A stretch of 64,000 nucleotides of DNA from Candidatus Bathyarchaeota archaeon. GTDB taxonomy: Archaea; Thermoproteota; Bathyarchaeia; Bathyarchaeales; Bathycorpusculaceae. Positions 9,956 through 21,328 of the stretch are shown here, in pieces; the first letter of the stretch is position 1; each line of letters starts with the position of its first letter. The position numbers and the translations under genes are program-made. The stretch is taken from assembly GCA_963760905.1 (NCBI GenBank), contig CAVXEQ010000005.1, positions 100,310 through 164,309 on the forward strand, written 5' to 3'. Below the pieces are notes generated by a model, which worked only from the letters and a program-made list of their open reading frames with translations, searched no databases and was not told where the DNA came from.

Positions 9956-10933
9956 TTAGGTTTCAATTGCCGCTTCCAATGTGAGGTCAACGACCTTTGC
10001 TGTTGGCGCATTATTTTTCACTGATGCGATGCCTGATTCGGCTGACTCTTTTGTTTGGTAGGATTGGCTTACAGCAATTATTTCCCCGTTGGCAGCTTTT
10101 AGGTGGAAACGCCACTTATCCGGACCATTGGTTTGAATTTCAAAAACTGGGTCTTGGGAAATTCCTTTTGCGTGCTTTGGCATAGCCCCTTCCAATGAGA
10201 GATCATCGACTCTAGCGATTGGCGCGTTCTTCTTAATTGAATCAATGCCGCTTATGGCCGACTCTTTTGCTCCGTAGGCCTGGCTTACAGCAACTATCTG
10301 CCCGTTGCCGGCTTTCAGATGGAAACGGAACTTCTTAGCAACGTCAAGTATGATCTCGAAGACTCCTTCGTTTTCTTTCGACGTTACAGGCACTTTAGCT
10401 ACTGGTATTTGTTCTGGAGTTTTCTCAACTACCGGCGCCACTTTTACGACCGGCATTGGTTCGAGCGCGATAAACTTCTTTCCCAGATCTATCGCCCAGT
10501 CCCTTACCCTATTCATATTTAGCTCGTCCATGACGGGTCTTCCCTGCCTAAGCATGCAGCCGCCAAAGGCAGCAACATAAACAGGCTTGAGAGACGTGTT
10601 CTTGGCCAGTACGCTCCTTGAATTGTCTTCAGTGCTTTGCGCCTTGGGGTTTTCCTCATCCTCACAACAGAAATAGACTGCAACGTTCCTACCCCCAAAG
10701 TCTTTCTCCAAAAAATTCACTGCTTCATTGTAAACATTTGCGCTTGCTACACCACCACCAACGATGATGTTTTGGAATGGTGCAATGTCTGGTTGGCCAT
10801 TCCTGAGGTCTGTGACGGTGACGTCCATGCTGTAGGTTGTTTTGAGTGTATCAGCTATGGCGTGTGCGGCGGCTTCATTTATTCCACTTTTTGTCGAATA
10901 TGCTATTAGAATTTTTCCTGTCATTGTTTTCAC
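9956..10933 (-). CDS. Flavodoxin-like domain fused to two tandem YegP/DUF1508 domains
   Basis: The N-terminus ILIAYSTKSGINEAAAHAIAD...IIVGGGV is flavodoxin-like. Two repeats follow, each with the pattern F(R)FHLKA(G/A)NGxI(V/I)AVSQ.Y..KESA.SGI.S(I/V)KKNAP.A.V.DL. Confidence 0.85.
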   Translation of the reverse strand: MKTMTGKILIAYSTKSGINEAAAHAIADTLKTTYSMDVTVTDLRNGQPDIAPFQNIIVGGGVASANVYNEAVNFLEKDFGGRNVAVYFCCEDEENPKAQSTEDNSRSVLAKNTSLKPVYVAAFGGCMLRQGRPVMDELNMNRVRDWAIDLGKKFIALEPMPVVKVAPVVEKTPEQIPVAKVPVTSKENEGVFEIILDVAKKFRFHLKAGNGQIVAVSQAYGAKESAISGIDSIKKNAPIARVDDLSLEGAMPKHAKGISQDPVFEIQTNGPDKWRFHLKAANGEIIAVSQSYQTKESAESGIASVKNNAPTAKVVDLTLEAAIET

Positions 10934-11638
10934 ATTCTTTACTATGTAGTTATATGTGGCGCCTAATTTTAGGGTGTGTGGGTGGGAATCAACAGCAACA
11001 ACTTATAGGGCATGACTTTTTCTATTTCATACTTCAGAAGCTTATACAAGAGTTTTTGAATTATTATTAGGTAAATTTTTACCAAACTTCAGCGCCCCAA
11101 TTTGTTAGTGATGTCATTGCTGAAGCATAATGAGCGAATATTTGGCAATTCCAAAGACATCTAGGAATGAGACGAAAAGATAAAGAATTTTTGAATCGTT
11201 TGGTCTGAAGAACAATACAGAGACTAACTGACAAAAAGTTAACAAATAGTAAATGCAGGTTTGCAAATATTTATTGGTCATAGGCTAATCCAACATTTTT
11301 TGCTGTATCCAGTGTCTCAACTTTCCGAGTTAAGCGTGAAACTGTAGCCACTACAACAATTAATATTAGAACTTGTTTTCGCTTGCTAATAAAAATGATT
11401 TGTACGAGCTGAAAAAAAGGGCCAATTAAACCGGCATCAGATTTTGCGGGATTAAATTTTGGCGATGTCAATTGGTAACGACGCTTTTTTGGCTACGACT
11501 GTAACGAGTCCAAGTAGTCCTCCGGCAGAATTCGGATAAAATATATTGTAAAAACCAATATTCTAGATTTAATTACATTTATATTCTCAAAATTGTTCAT
11601 ATTATGTTTGTCCTGTCAGAAAACGGCGGATTGTTCCC

Positions 11639-12559
11639 ATGAATCTTTCTACCCACATAATGTTTGGCATACTTGTTGGAGCCCTGTTTTTTGGCAAGCC
11701 CGAGATAGCGCTAATGATTGGTGTGGGTTCTGTAATTCCCGACCTAGACAGAGAATACGGTTTTTTTAGCAAGGAAACCTTTCGACTCCGACAAATACAC
11801 CGGGCATTATTCCACAATTTCTTGTTTATCGGAATAGTATATTTGATAAACCCGTTTTTTGGCATCGGAGCCTTTCTCCACTCGTTCCTAGATTCATTCA
11901 CCACAACAAGGGACCGAGGCGTCGAATGGCTCTACCCTTTTTCAAGAATTGTAACCGAAGCGGTGTATGACTCGGATGGCAACAAATTGCCTCTTGACCC
12001 AAAACATAAGATCTACTTTCTTTCTAACGATCTGCCTGGACTGACTCGCAGAACTACGAAAGATATTAAACCTGGCGAAGTACCCGTTCCAAATAGAAGA
12101 ACATATGGTCCAGCACTCTCAGGGAAGTATCTTGACCGATGCATCTTCGTTGGATCCATAGGTCTCGTTTTGCTTATGTTGCTCTTTTCTGTTCTTGGCT
12201 TGCAACAGTTCATTGATCTCAGCATGCATAAAGAAACACTTTCTCTTATCGTTCCGTTGATAGTTGGCTCTGTGGGAGTCTTTTTAAATTTTCTTGTTGG
12301 CGAACTTGACAGAAAAAAGCTTGTTAAGACAAAGTCAGATAGGCCTTACAAGTTTTCGTTTTTTGTGTCCGTTGGAATTATGATTTTCGCAATAGTTCTT
12401 GGTGGGATCATGAATCCGGAAGCTGTAGTTTCAACACTAAGCAAAATGCCCTACGTTGCCGCTGGGATAGTCGTCTTTGTTTTCGTCGCCTTTGGTGTAC
12501 TGGTTTATTCTACTCGAGGTTTTTCAGCAGAAAGCAAGAAAGAGCCACTTATCGTGTAA
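11639..12559 (+). CDS. Membrane-bound metal-dependent hydrolase, YdjM/DUF457-like
   Basis: N-terminal motifs THIMFG, IPDLD and HRALFHN, followed by C-terminal TM helices. Confidence 0.7.
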   Translation: MNLSTHIMFGILVGALFFGKPEIALMIGVGSVIPDLDREYGFFSKETFRLRQIHRALFHNFLFIGIVYLINPFFGIGAFLHSFLDSFTTTRDRGVEWLYPFSRIVTEAVYDSDGNKLPLDPKHKIYFLSNDLPGLTRRTTKDIKPGEVPVPNRRTYGPALSGKYLDRCIFVGSIGLVLLMLLFSVLGLQQFIDLSMHKETLSLIVPLIVGSVGVFLNFLVGELDRKKLVKTKSDRPYKFSFFVSVGIMIFAIVLGGIMNPEAVVSTLSKMPYVAAGIVVFVFVAFGVLVYSTRGFSAESKKEPLIV

Positions 12560-12617
12560 CAAAACGTGCGGCTATTCTGGGCGGTTGATTTTGCTAGCAA
12601 GCGGGTGTGATTGATTT

Positions 12618-12795
12618 CAAAAAATATTGCAGGAAAATGATTAGGGAGAATAAAAATGCTTATTACACCAACTATTTCACTGCCACTCTGAGCTTTTAGG
12701 TGGGAGTACAATCGTCTTCGTTGGTATTCAGGCTTCAAGCAACCCATCCTTGTATGTGAGTTCTAACCTGCAGTCTGCTTTGGCAAGAATCGTCC
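12618..12795 (-). pseudogene. Relic copy of the hsp20 3' end plus its downstream flank
   Basis: Aligns by eye with 60-240 of this window. Translation gives ...LELTYKDGLLEA*IPTKTIVLPPKSSEWQ*, compared with ...STFKDGLLEVCIPKKTIAPAPKKHKVAVK* in the intact hsp20. An in-frame stop is present. Confidence 0.6.
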
Positions 12796-12870
12796 CGACT
12801 TAAAAGCAACAGATAAATGAACCACAATTGCGCTCATTTAATTAGGATATGCTCAAACTGGCAAATTGAC

Positions 12871-12895
12871 GGCGGGAAGTAGATTTAAACCCACG
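12871..12895 (-). repeat. tRNA-Ser 3'-end-like copy (T-arm plus acceptor), class I, copy 1
   Basis: ggcgggaagtagatttaaacccacg compared with the tRNA sequence gcgccgggagggggatttgaacccccg. About 100 bp of flanking homology with the copy at 22983. Confidence 0.55.
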
Positions 12896-13052
12896 TTTAA
12901 ATTCAACACAAGAGAATCGTTTGAGTAGAGTAATAAAACAAGAGTGCTATATTCAAGTAGATGGACACTTGGAAACTATGAAGCATAGAAGGTGAAGTTT
13001 GGTCAACCTCACCCAAGACGGAACTGTGTGTAAATGGAACAAAGTGTTTCTG

Positions 13053-13499
13053 TTATTGAACAGGTTTTTTACTTGAACATTTTTGGCAAACGCCATAAAC
13101 GTCAAGACGTTGACTTGTAGGAATGAACTTAGTAGCCGTGACAACCCTTTTAATCAGTTCTTTAGCAATAGGATCGTCTAAATCGTGGATTTTTCCGCAT
13201 CGCGAGCAAACCAAGTTTATGTGTGGCTCAAGATAAGGATCATATCTAGTCTGATCGCAGGGAAAAACCAATTCTTGGATCGAACAGCTCTCCCTTAGAA
13301 TCTGAAGAGTCTTGTACACTGTAGCTAAACTTACCGTGGGGTGAGTCTTTCTGACTTCACTGTAGATTCTTTGCACACTAGGATGCTCTCGACTTAAAAG
13401 CGCAAATTTGCAAATTGCTATTCTTTGCGGAGTTGCCTTGTATCCTTTGCTGCGAAGAGTTTGAATTATCGACGCAACTGATTTCTTCGATTCTTGCAT
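13053..13499 (-). CDS. Fur-family metalloregulator (PerR-like by context)
   Basis: DNA-binding helix region KATPQRIAICKFAL and the Cys pairs CSRCGK and CQKC. The ATG at 13499 (MQESKK) is preferred over 13538 because AT-rich TATA-like sequence lies just upstream. The gene is divergent from the catalase relic and katG. Confidence 0.85.
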   Translation of the reverse strand: MQESKKSVASIIQTLRSKGYKATPQRIAICKFALLSREHPSVQRIYSEVRKTHPTVSLATVYKTLQILRESCSIQELVFPCDQTRYDPYLEPHINLVCSRCGKIHDLDDPIAKELIKRVVTATKFIPTSQRLDVYGVCQKCSSKKPVQ

Positions 13500-13512
13500 A
13501 CATAATATTAGG

Positions 13513-13527
13513 TAATAATAACTATTA
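13513..13527. promoter_or_regulatory. Fur/PerR-box-like 7-1-7 inverted repeat TAATAAT-A-ACTATTA
   Basis: The arms match in 6 of 7 positions. It resembles the TTATAATNATTATAA / TGATAATNATTATCA box class and lies in the fur / catalase-katG divergent region. Confidence 0.4.
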
Positions 13528-13557
13528 AATAAGTCCATCCTCTTAATATGCAGTAAG

Positions 13558-13575
13558 GTCTCGTGTGAACGAGAC
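13558..13575. promoter_or_regulatory. Perfect inverted repeat GTCTCG-N6-CGAGAC upstream of the catalase relic and katG
   Basis: Seen directly in the sequence, 15 nt upstream of the ATG at 13590. Confidence 0.3.
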
Positions 13576-13589
13576 AGGATGTTTACATT

Positions 13590-15943
<2,354 letters not shown>

Positions 15944-16048
15944 CAAGAGATAACGATAACAATACAGCAAAAGTTGCTCGCTTGGAACGAGAAGTTTGGG
16001 ACTAACAGAAGCAGGCTACGATTACGTTTGCGAAATGGAACATTTCAA

Positions 16049-16090
16049 GCACCGGAAGGGGGATACTAGCCAAATTTTACCAGCAAGAAG
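16049..16090 (-). repeat. tRNA-Ser 3'-end-like copy, class II, copy A0
   Basis: gcaccggaagggggatactagccaaattttaccagcaagaag compared with copy A, gcgccgggagggggataccagccccaatttaccagtaaaaag. Confidence 0.55.
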
Positions 16091-16122
16091 TAATTTTTAC
16101 TGTAGCCTTCCAGCGCGGGTTT

Positions 16123-16587
16123 CTATGTTAAAGCTGCTCCACAGTTAATGCATTTGGATGCGTCTGGTTTGTTTTTGGTTCCACAGTATGAGCAAATTAT
16201 CATTGCTGGCATTGTCTCTTCGGTTAAGGCCTGTGTTTGGGCTTTGCTGATGTTTTCTCTTATTGTTCTGTAGGCTTTTTCTGCGTCAGCTTTGGGTACA
16301 TCGGTTAGTAAAAGAGGAGGCGCCGTGGCTTTGAGGGTGCATTTGATTGTTGAGCGTAGTATTCCTTTGTCGATGTTTACGTCTTCGAAGTCGTTGTATT
16401 GGTAGTCGGTGTAGTCTTTTTTTAGCCCAAGCGCATGGGGATGGCGCAGAATTACCCGCTGGTTAGTTATGACAACCGAGTCGATGTCAACCGCGAGGTG
16501 ATAAAACTTCTGCTTTATGTAGAGCTCAACTGTCTCGTTTGGATCAAGAATGTCTTTCAAATCATCAGGAGTCATCATAAAAATCAA
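16123..16587 (-). CDS. Bacterial-type PH domain (bPH_2/YdbT-like) protein with a C-terminal zinc ribbon
   Basis: VVITNQRVILRHPHALGLKKDYTDYQYNDFEDVNIDKGILRSTI is a bPH_2-like pattern. The C-terminus carries CSYCGTKNKPDASKCINCG. Confidence 0.65.
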   Translation of the reverse strand: MIFMMTPDDLKDILDPNETVELYIKQKFYHLAVDIDSVVITNQRVILRHPHALGLKKDYTDYQYNDFEDVNIDKGILRSTIKCTLKATAPPLLLTDVPKADAEKAYRTIRENISKAQTQALTEETMPAMIICSYCGTKNKPDASKCINCGAALT

Positions 16588-16890
16588 CCACTAAAAGAGA
16601 GAGTGAACAATTATTTATCCCTTAACAGAAGAACATAAAAATGAACCGAAACACCGAATTGCACGCCATTATTGACTTTTGTCGCTGCAATTCTCCAACC
16701 TTATCTTAAAGTTGCGGTTTCCCAAGTTGATGATAATTTGAGATTGATTCAGATGCCTCCTTTACTTCATGGGCAGAATCATTGATGACTTTTCTTATTT
16801 ATTGTAAAATGCGTTGTGTATCTTTTGGAAAAGCAGTTATATATTCATCTATAGATCTGAATGATCTTCTCACGGAATTTGCTTCTTCGG

Positions 16891-17331
16891 TTAGAAGGCA
16901 CCAGCTGCATTGGGCATGTTGGGCATAATTTGTTGTGTCACATCCCAGTACTCGATGATCTTATCGCCGTTGAAACGGAAAAGATGAACTTGCCTTAAAC
17001 CTCCTGCACTCGGATTGGAAGCGGAGATTTGAGTATGTACTGCAACCAGATCGCCGTCAGCAAGAATCTGCCTGATAATAAGCTTAAAATCAGCCGTTGA
17101 CCCCTCAATTATTCCTTGCGCGCCTTGTTTTTGCACGGCAACCATAGCTTCTATTAATTCCTTAATGCCTCCAACGGTATATGGATTGTGAGTCTTACAT
17201 TCAGGCCAAAAGAACCGTAGCCCATCCAGCGGTCTTCCTAAACTAACTAAATTAAAAAACTCGACTGCAATATCCTTGTGGACTTTATTAACATCGTTTT
17301 TAGGTACTTCAAAAAATGTTTTGTTATTCAT
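16891..17331 (-). CDS. SnoaL/NTF2-like fold protein
   Basis: 146 aa with the pattern ...ADGDLVAVHTQI...HLFRFNGDKIIEYWDV, typical of SnoaL-like proteins. Confidence 0.6.
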   Translation of the reverse strand: MNNKTFFEVPKNDVNKVHKDIAVEFFNLVSLGRPLDGLRFFWPECKTHNPYTVGGIKELIEAMVAVQKQGAQGIIEGSTADFKLIIRQILADGDLVAVHTQISASNPSAGGLRQVHLFRFNGDKIIEYWDVTQQIMPNMPNAAGAF

Positions 17332-17616
17332 TTTTATACCTGAAAAAGGTTAAAAATTAACAATATTTAAGCGTTTTTGAAGACATTTTTCCGACAGAAG
17401 GGTATTAAATCGCTAACAATCAGCTAACCGCGAGAATTGTTGCAAAAGGTACATTCCAGAGATAACCATAAGGTATAGGTGGAGCAACTGAAATCATTTA
17501 TAGAAGCGGTAGGCATTGTCACACAAATCGGGATATGGTAAACAATTATGAGACTTTTGAACCTAAAAAGCTGGAAAAAGATGCTGAAAATAAAAGAAGA
17601 AAAAATTCAAAATTCA

Positions 17617-18060
17617 CTAAATTCCTTCTGTTCCACGTATCTCGAAATGTTCATCTGTGGCGGTATGGGTGAACAACATCTGAATAGAGTTGTGGGTGCC
17701 ATTATTAGACAGAGTGTAACGGTCAGGATTTTGTTCGTAGTATTTCCAGATTAATGAGATGTTTCCCCCGATTAAGTCAGTTGGAATTGTTATGTTAAAG
17801 TTGACAGTTTGCCTATTCGGCCCGATGAAATCACAGTTAACATATTTTGATTCTGTTTCAGGCAAGTAAACTCTTGGTGCTGAGGTCCAATTGGTTCTAA
17901 CGGTTATGATGTAGGTTTTCTCTCCAACCGAGACAGAATAGTTGTATAATTTAGTTTCTGCTTCTTTCTTCGCCAATAAATCAACCCATAGAAACCCAGC
18001 TATTAGGGCTATGATCAGGATTACTGACACAAGCGTTAATGTCAACGTTTTTCTCTTCAT
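17617..18060 (-). CDS. Hypothetical secreted or membrane-anchored protein
   Basis: N-terminal signal or anchor sequence MKRKTLTLTLVSVILIIALIAGFLWV. No family recognised. Confidence 0.5.
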   Translation of the reverse strand: MKRKTLTLTLVSVILIIALIAGFLWVDLLAKKEAETKLYNYSVSVGEKTYIITVRTNWTSAPRVYLPETESKYVNCDFIGPNRQTVNFNITIPTDLIGGNISLIWKYYEQNPDRYTLSNNGTHNSIQMLFTHTATDEHFEIRGTEGI

Positions 18061-18184
18061 AACACCGATTATGTTAGGTTATTCGTCTAAAAGGGCTTTT
18101 TGGTCACGTTTGTTTTCAAGTGTTTTGGTCGATTTGGCTGGAGTGGAACTTCAACCCCAGGCAAGTTGAGCAGTCGTTGCATCG

Positions 18185-18560
18185 AACCTTCTGAGCGTTG
18201 AGATATCACCCAAACCCCTCTCTTTTTTATGGTCTTAGAGAAAAAGCGATAACTGTTCTCTATTTTTGGGGACGGTTTTTGAGTTTAGGTTCGATTCCCT
18301 TCCTCTTTTTGGGTTCAAATAAGTACCTTGAATGGTTAATTATCTTGGATCCTTTTAATTACAGATGAATTGATAGTCCTTCTGCTTTTGCGAGATTTCA
18401 TATGCAGCAAATCATTAATTTTAAATGGCTTCAAACACGCCGATTTTAGACAAATTAAGCTCAAAAATAGTCATAACTTGTAAAATGGCGCCGGGAGGGG
18501 GATACCAGCCCCAATTTACCAGTAAAAAGATCTTAAAAGTGATCCCGGACAAGACTTCCC
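18185..18560 (-). repeat. Diverged intergenic repeat module of about 370 bp, copy A (contains tRNA-Ser-like core 18488-18503)
   Basis: Aligns over its length with 20826-21215, at roughly 65-75% identity by eye. The 16 nt gcgccgggagggggat are identical to 26291-26306 in the tRNA. Confidence 0.7.
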
Positions 18561-18678
18561 GAAAATGCTCTGGTCCCTTCCCTAAAATTTTAATATCTTG
18601 CTCTCTCATCTAGACATTTTATAGGAAAGGCAGCAAAGAGTCAATTATAAGCTTTGTTAAAGTTTTCGTTGCCTGACT

Positions 18679-18963
18679 CTATTGCTTTCTTTCTTCAAGG
18701 GCCAGTTGGTCGAGATAGTATTTTCCGTTGACTTCTACGAAGATTTTTGTTTGTTCTCTACGTCTTTCCATTATTCTTACAAATATCCGTGACAAACCCA
18801 GTTCTTTAGCTGTCAGGGCAGTTTGGGGGCTGATGGCACCTTTCTCCTGGAATTTCTGGATAATTTGCTGAATTTTCTCATCTCGCCAGCCTTGCGGCTC
18901 AGTTGGTTCTTGTGGGCTTGGTGGAGGAGAGGATACTGGGGCAGGTATCGGCGTAGTTTGCAC
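18679..18963 (-). CDS. Hypothetical protein with a Pro-rich N-terminus (GTG start)
   Basis: 94-aa ORF. The C-terminal part (ALTAKELGLSRIFVRIMERRREQ) could be a small HTH. Support is weak. Confidence 0.35.
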   Translation of the reverse strand: MQTTPIPAPVSSPPPSPQEPTEPQGWRDEKIQQIIQKFQEKGAISPQTALTAKELGLSRIFVRIMERRREQTKIFVEVNGKYYLDQLALEERKQ

Positions 18964-19043
18964 TGGGGTTTGGGTTTGTTGTGTTCCTTTGGCTACATTG
19001 AAAGTTGCTTTGTCTTCACTATCAGTGCCATTTCCACTTCTGT

Positions 19044-19739
19044 CTACTTTCGGTGCGTCAGAGGGTGTTGGGTTAGTTTCATGACAACTTCAGTTTTGTT
19101 TTTAACTGAAACAAACATCGGCATTGAAGCAATGTACCCTGTGGCACTGGCTTTAATTGAGTAATCGCCATCTTTGAAGTCGCCGAAAACAGCTTGTCCT
19201 TTGTTGTTGGTTGTGCCTGATAAGTCTTGTTGACCGCTAGCAGATACAGTTGCTCCAGAAATTGGCGATTGAGTTTGAGAGTTTTGCACTTTCACTACGA
19301 ATTTGCGTTGACGCTTGCGCCACAATAGAATTATGATAATCAGCAATACGATGGCTATGATCACTATTATCCAATAAATTGAGCTGAAACCGGGTGAACC
19401 TGAACTTGGGGTAGAGGAAGCAGACGAAGTTGGATTAGTGTTAGTGGAAGTAGAGGGGGTAGTGGAAGCAGACGTGCTTGAGGAATCTGAGATCACTGAA
19501 ACAGTGTTTAATACTTGATTAGTTACGAAGACCTCACCTTTAGCAGAATCGTAGGTTAAAAAGAAAGGTCCAGCAAAATGGTCGATTAAGGGCAAATTAA
19601 CTGTTGCAACTACGGTGTTTGTACTATCAGATATGATCGAGACATCGTTGCTGACAAAATTAGCAACAAACATCTCGCTCATGTTAGAATCATAAGCTAA
19701 ACCGTCAGGACTTACTGCGTGGTTAAGGTTCAAATCCAC
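19044..19739 (-). CDS. C-terminal fragment of the same YVTN gene: propeller repeats, S/T-rich linker, TM helix and a CarboxypepD_reg-like domain
   Basis: The repeat series continues (LAYDSNMSEMFVANFVSNDVSIISDSTNTVVATV). It is followed by STSASTTPSTSTNTNPTSSASSTPSS, the TM helix IYWIIVIIAIVLLIIIILLW, and GATVSASG...GDYSIKASATGY. Confidence 0.7.
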   Translation of the reverse strand: MDLNLNHAVSPDGLAYDSNMSEMFVANFVSNDVSIISDSTNTVVATVNLPLIDHFAGPFFLTYDSAKGEVFVTNQVLNTVSVISDSSSTSASTTPSTSTNTNPTSSASSTPSSGSPGFSSIYWIIVIIAIVLLIIIILLWRKRQRKFVVKVQNSQTQSPISGATVSASGQQDLSGTTNNKGQAVFGDFKDGDYSIKASATGYIASMPMFVSVKNKTEVVMKLTQHPLTHRK

Positions 19740-20506
19740 GGTTCAACCACGGCGTTTGTGCTATCAGATATGACGTAGACGTAATTTCCAGAATCGGTGA
19801 CGAAGATTTCGCCTTTGCCAGAATCATAAGCTACGTAATTGGGGCCGGTTCCCGCAGGTAAGGTTATTGTTGCAACTACGGTGTGAGTGCTATCTGAAAT
19901 TACAGAAACCGAATTGCTGTTTCCGTTGGTTACGAAGATCTCTCCCATAGCAGAATCATAGGCCGCGCCCTTTGGATTGGCTCCGACGGTTATGGTTGTG
20001 AGTACAGTATTAGTGCTATCTGATATTACAGAAACGTTACCGTCGCCACCATTGCACACATATATCTCACCTTTGGCAGAATCATAAGCTTCACCCATAG
20101 GGTAGGTACCAACTGTAACGTTTGCAACTATGGCGTTGGTGCTGTCTGATATTACATAAACCTTATTGCCACCATAAGCTGTAACGAAAATTTCCCCCTT
20201 GCCAGAATCATAAACCACATATCCAGCAGGAGCACCCAAGTCAATGCTGGCAATTACTTTGTTATTACTGTCCGATATTACCGAGACCGTGTTCGTGCCA
20301 GCTTGAGAGGTTACATTAAAACCCCCTGGGGATCCAGCATTGGCAACGAAGATTTCTCCTTTAGCAGAATCGTAAGCAATACCCAGCGGAGCGAATCCCA
20401 CCGTTATTGTATCTGTTAATCCTGCACCGTGAACTTCACAAGCAGTTGACAGAGCAAAAATTATAATGAATATTAAACTTAAAAACTTCCACACTTTAAC
20501 TTTCAT
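19730..20506 (-). CDS. YVTN-family beta-propeller repeat surface protein, N-terminal fragment (frameshifted gene)
   Basis: Signal peptide MKVKVWKFLSLIFIIIFALSTA, with GGGAGGG upstream of the ATG at 20506. It contains 6 repeats of AYDS.KGEIFV.N....VSVISDSTN.V. Confidence 0.8.
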   Translation of the reverse strand: MKVKVWKFLSLIFIIIFALSTACEVHGAGLTDTITVGFAPLGIAYDSAKGEIFVANAGSPGGFNVTSQAGTNTVSVISDSNNKVIASIDLGAPAGYVVYDSGKGEIFVTAYGGNKVYVISDSTNAIVANVTVGTYPMGEAYDSAKGEIYVCNGGDGNVSVISDSTNTVLTTITVGANPKGAAYDSAMGEIFVTNGNSNSVSVISDSTHTVVATITLPAGTGPNYVAYDSGKGEIFVTDSGNYVYVISDSTNAVVEPWI

Positions 20507-20825
20507 TGTAATCTTCCCTCCCCCCTGAATCGGGTGGGTCAAAGTAGATTTAAGGCTTTCGCTTGCTTGCTCAGGGTACCCTTCGATGAGTTGATTCTGT
20601 ATGTATATCCACAAGTTAACATTTGCATTAAACCAGAATGTCCATACCCCCCCGATTGGCTCTTTAATTTGGAAATTTCCTATGAAAGATTGTCTTTGAT
20701 TTTAATGAATTGCTCCATTCAGTTTTTCCAGTGCTGTTGAGATTACATATTTGGCGAGGCCATTCATTTTGTCGGCGAATAGGTCAATGGAATTTTGTCG
20801 CCAATAAGCGGCAGAATTAAAGGAA

Positions 20826-21215
20826 GAACGCTGAACCGAACTTACCCCCAAACGGTTATTATGCGCTTTCTGAAAAAACATGCTCTAAGGAGGAAAGGGA
20901 CCAACAGCGAATCTGGGGATGGCATCTGAGTTGAGGTGCGATTCCCTGCCCCCCGCTTAGGGTTCAAAGAAATGATTTGCAGGAATATTATTGGATTCAT
21001 CTAATTATTGATGAATTTATCCCTTCAGACCTTTGGAAGATTTCGGATGTAGCAAACTCCTAATCTGAATGTATTTCAACTATGCTGAGTTTAGACGAAT
21101 AGCTCTTTTGGTAAAATAACGCTGGAATTGAATCCCGTTCCAATTTACTGGTAGAAACTCTTGATATTGATCGGTTCACATACTTCTTAAATGACCTTTC
21201 AAATAAATGGTGAAA
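20826..21215 (-). repeat. Diverged intergenic repeat module, copy B (degenerate tRNA-Ser-like core about 21119-21158)
   Basis: Homologous to 18185-18560 in the same orientation. Together the two copies bracket the YVTN gene and ORF 18679..18963. Confidence 0.7.
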
Positions 21216-21328
21216 AATAATTGATTTTCAGATTGACAATATGTTTAGAAAAAACTAGGGTGTATCAACTAATAAAAAATAATGAATCAGAATAAGACTA
21301 TTTGAGCTAGTGGTCTCTTAGTTGATTT

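Noticed and set aside
11271-11471. 66-aa minus-strand ORF in the 700-bp gap between the flavodoxin-DUF1508 gene and the YdjM-like gene
   Set aside because: It has odd composition, no RBS or TATA in a sensible position, and no recognisable family. It is left unannotated.
16720-16800. GTTGATGA … TTGATGA pair, considered as a C/D box sRNA
   Set aside because: D and D' (CTGA) boxes are absent.
18421-18609. 62-aa ORF reading across the tRNA-like core (…NWGWYPPPGAILQ…), considered as the N-terminal fragment of an SSV-type integrase whose attP lies inside int
   Set aside because: No recognisable integrase motif is present. The homologous copy B has stops in all frames, and no matching C-terminal integrase fragment lies next to any other core. 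The idea remains speculation only.
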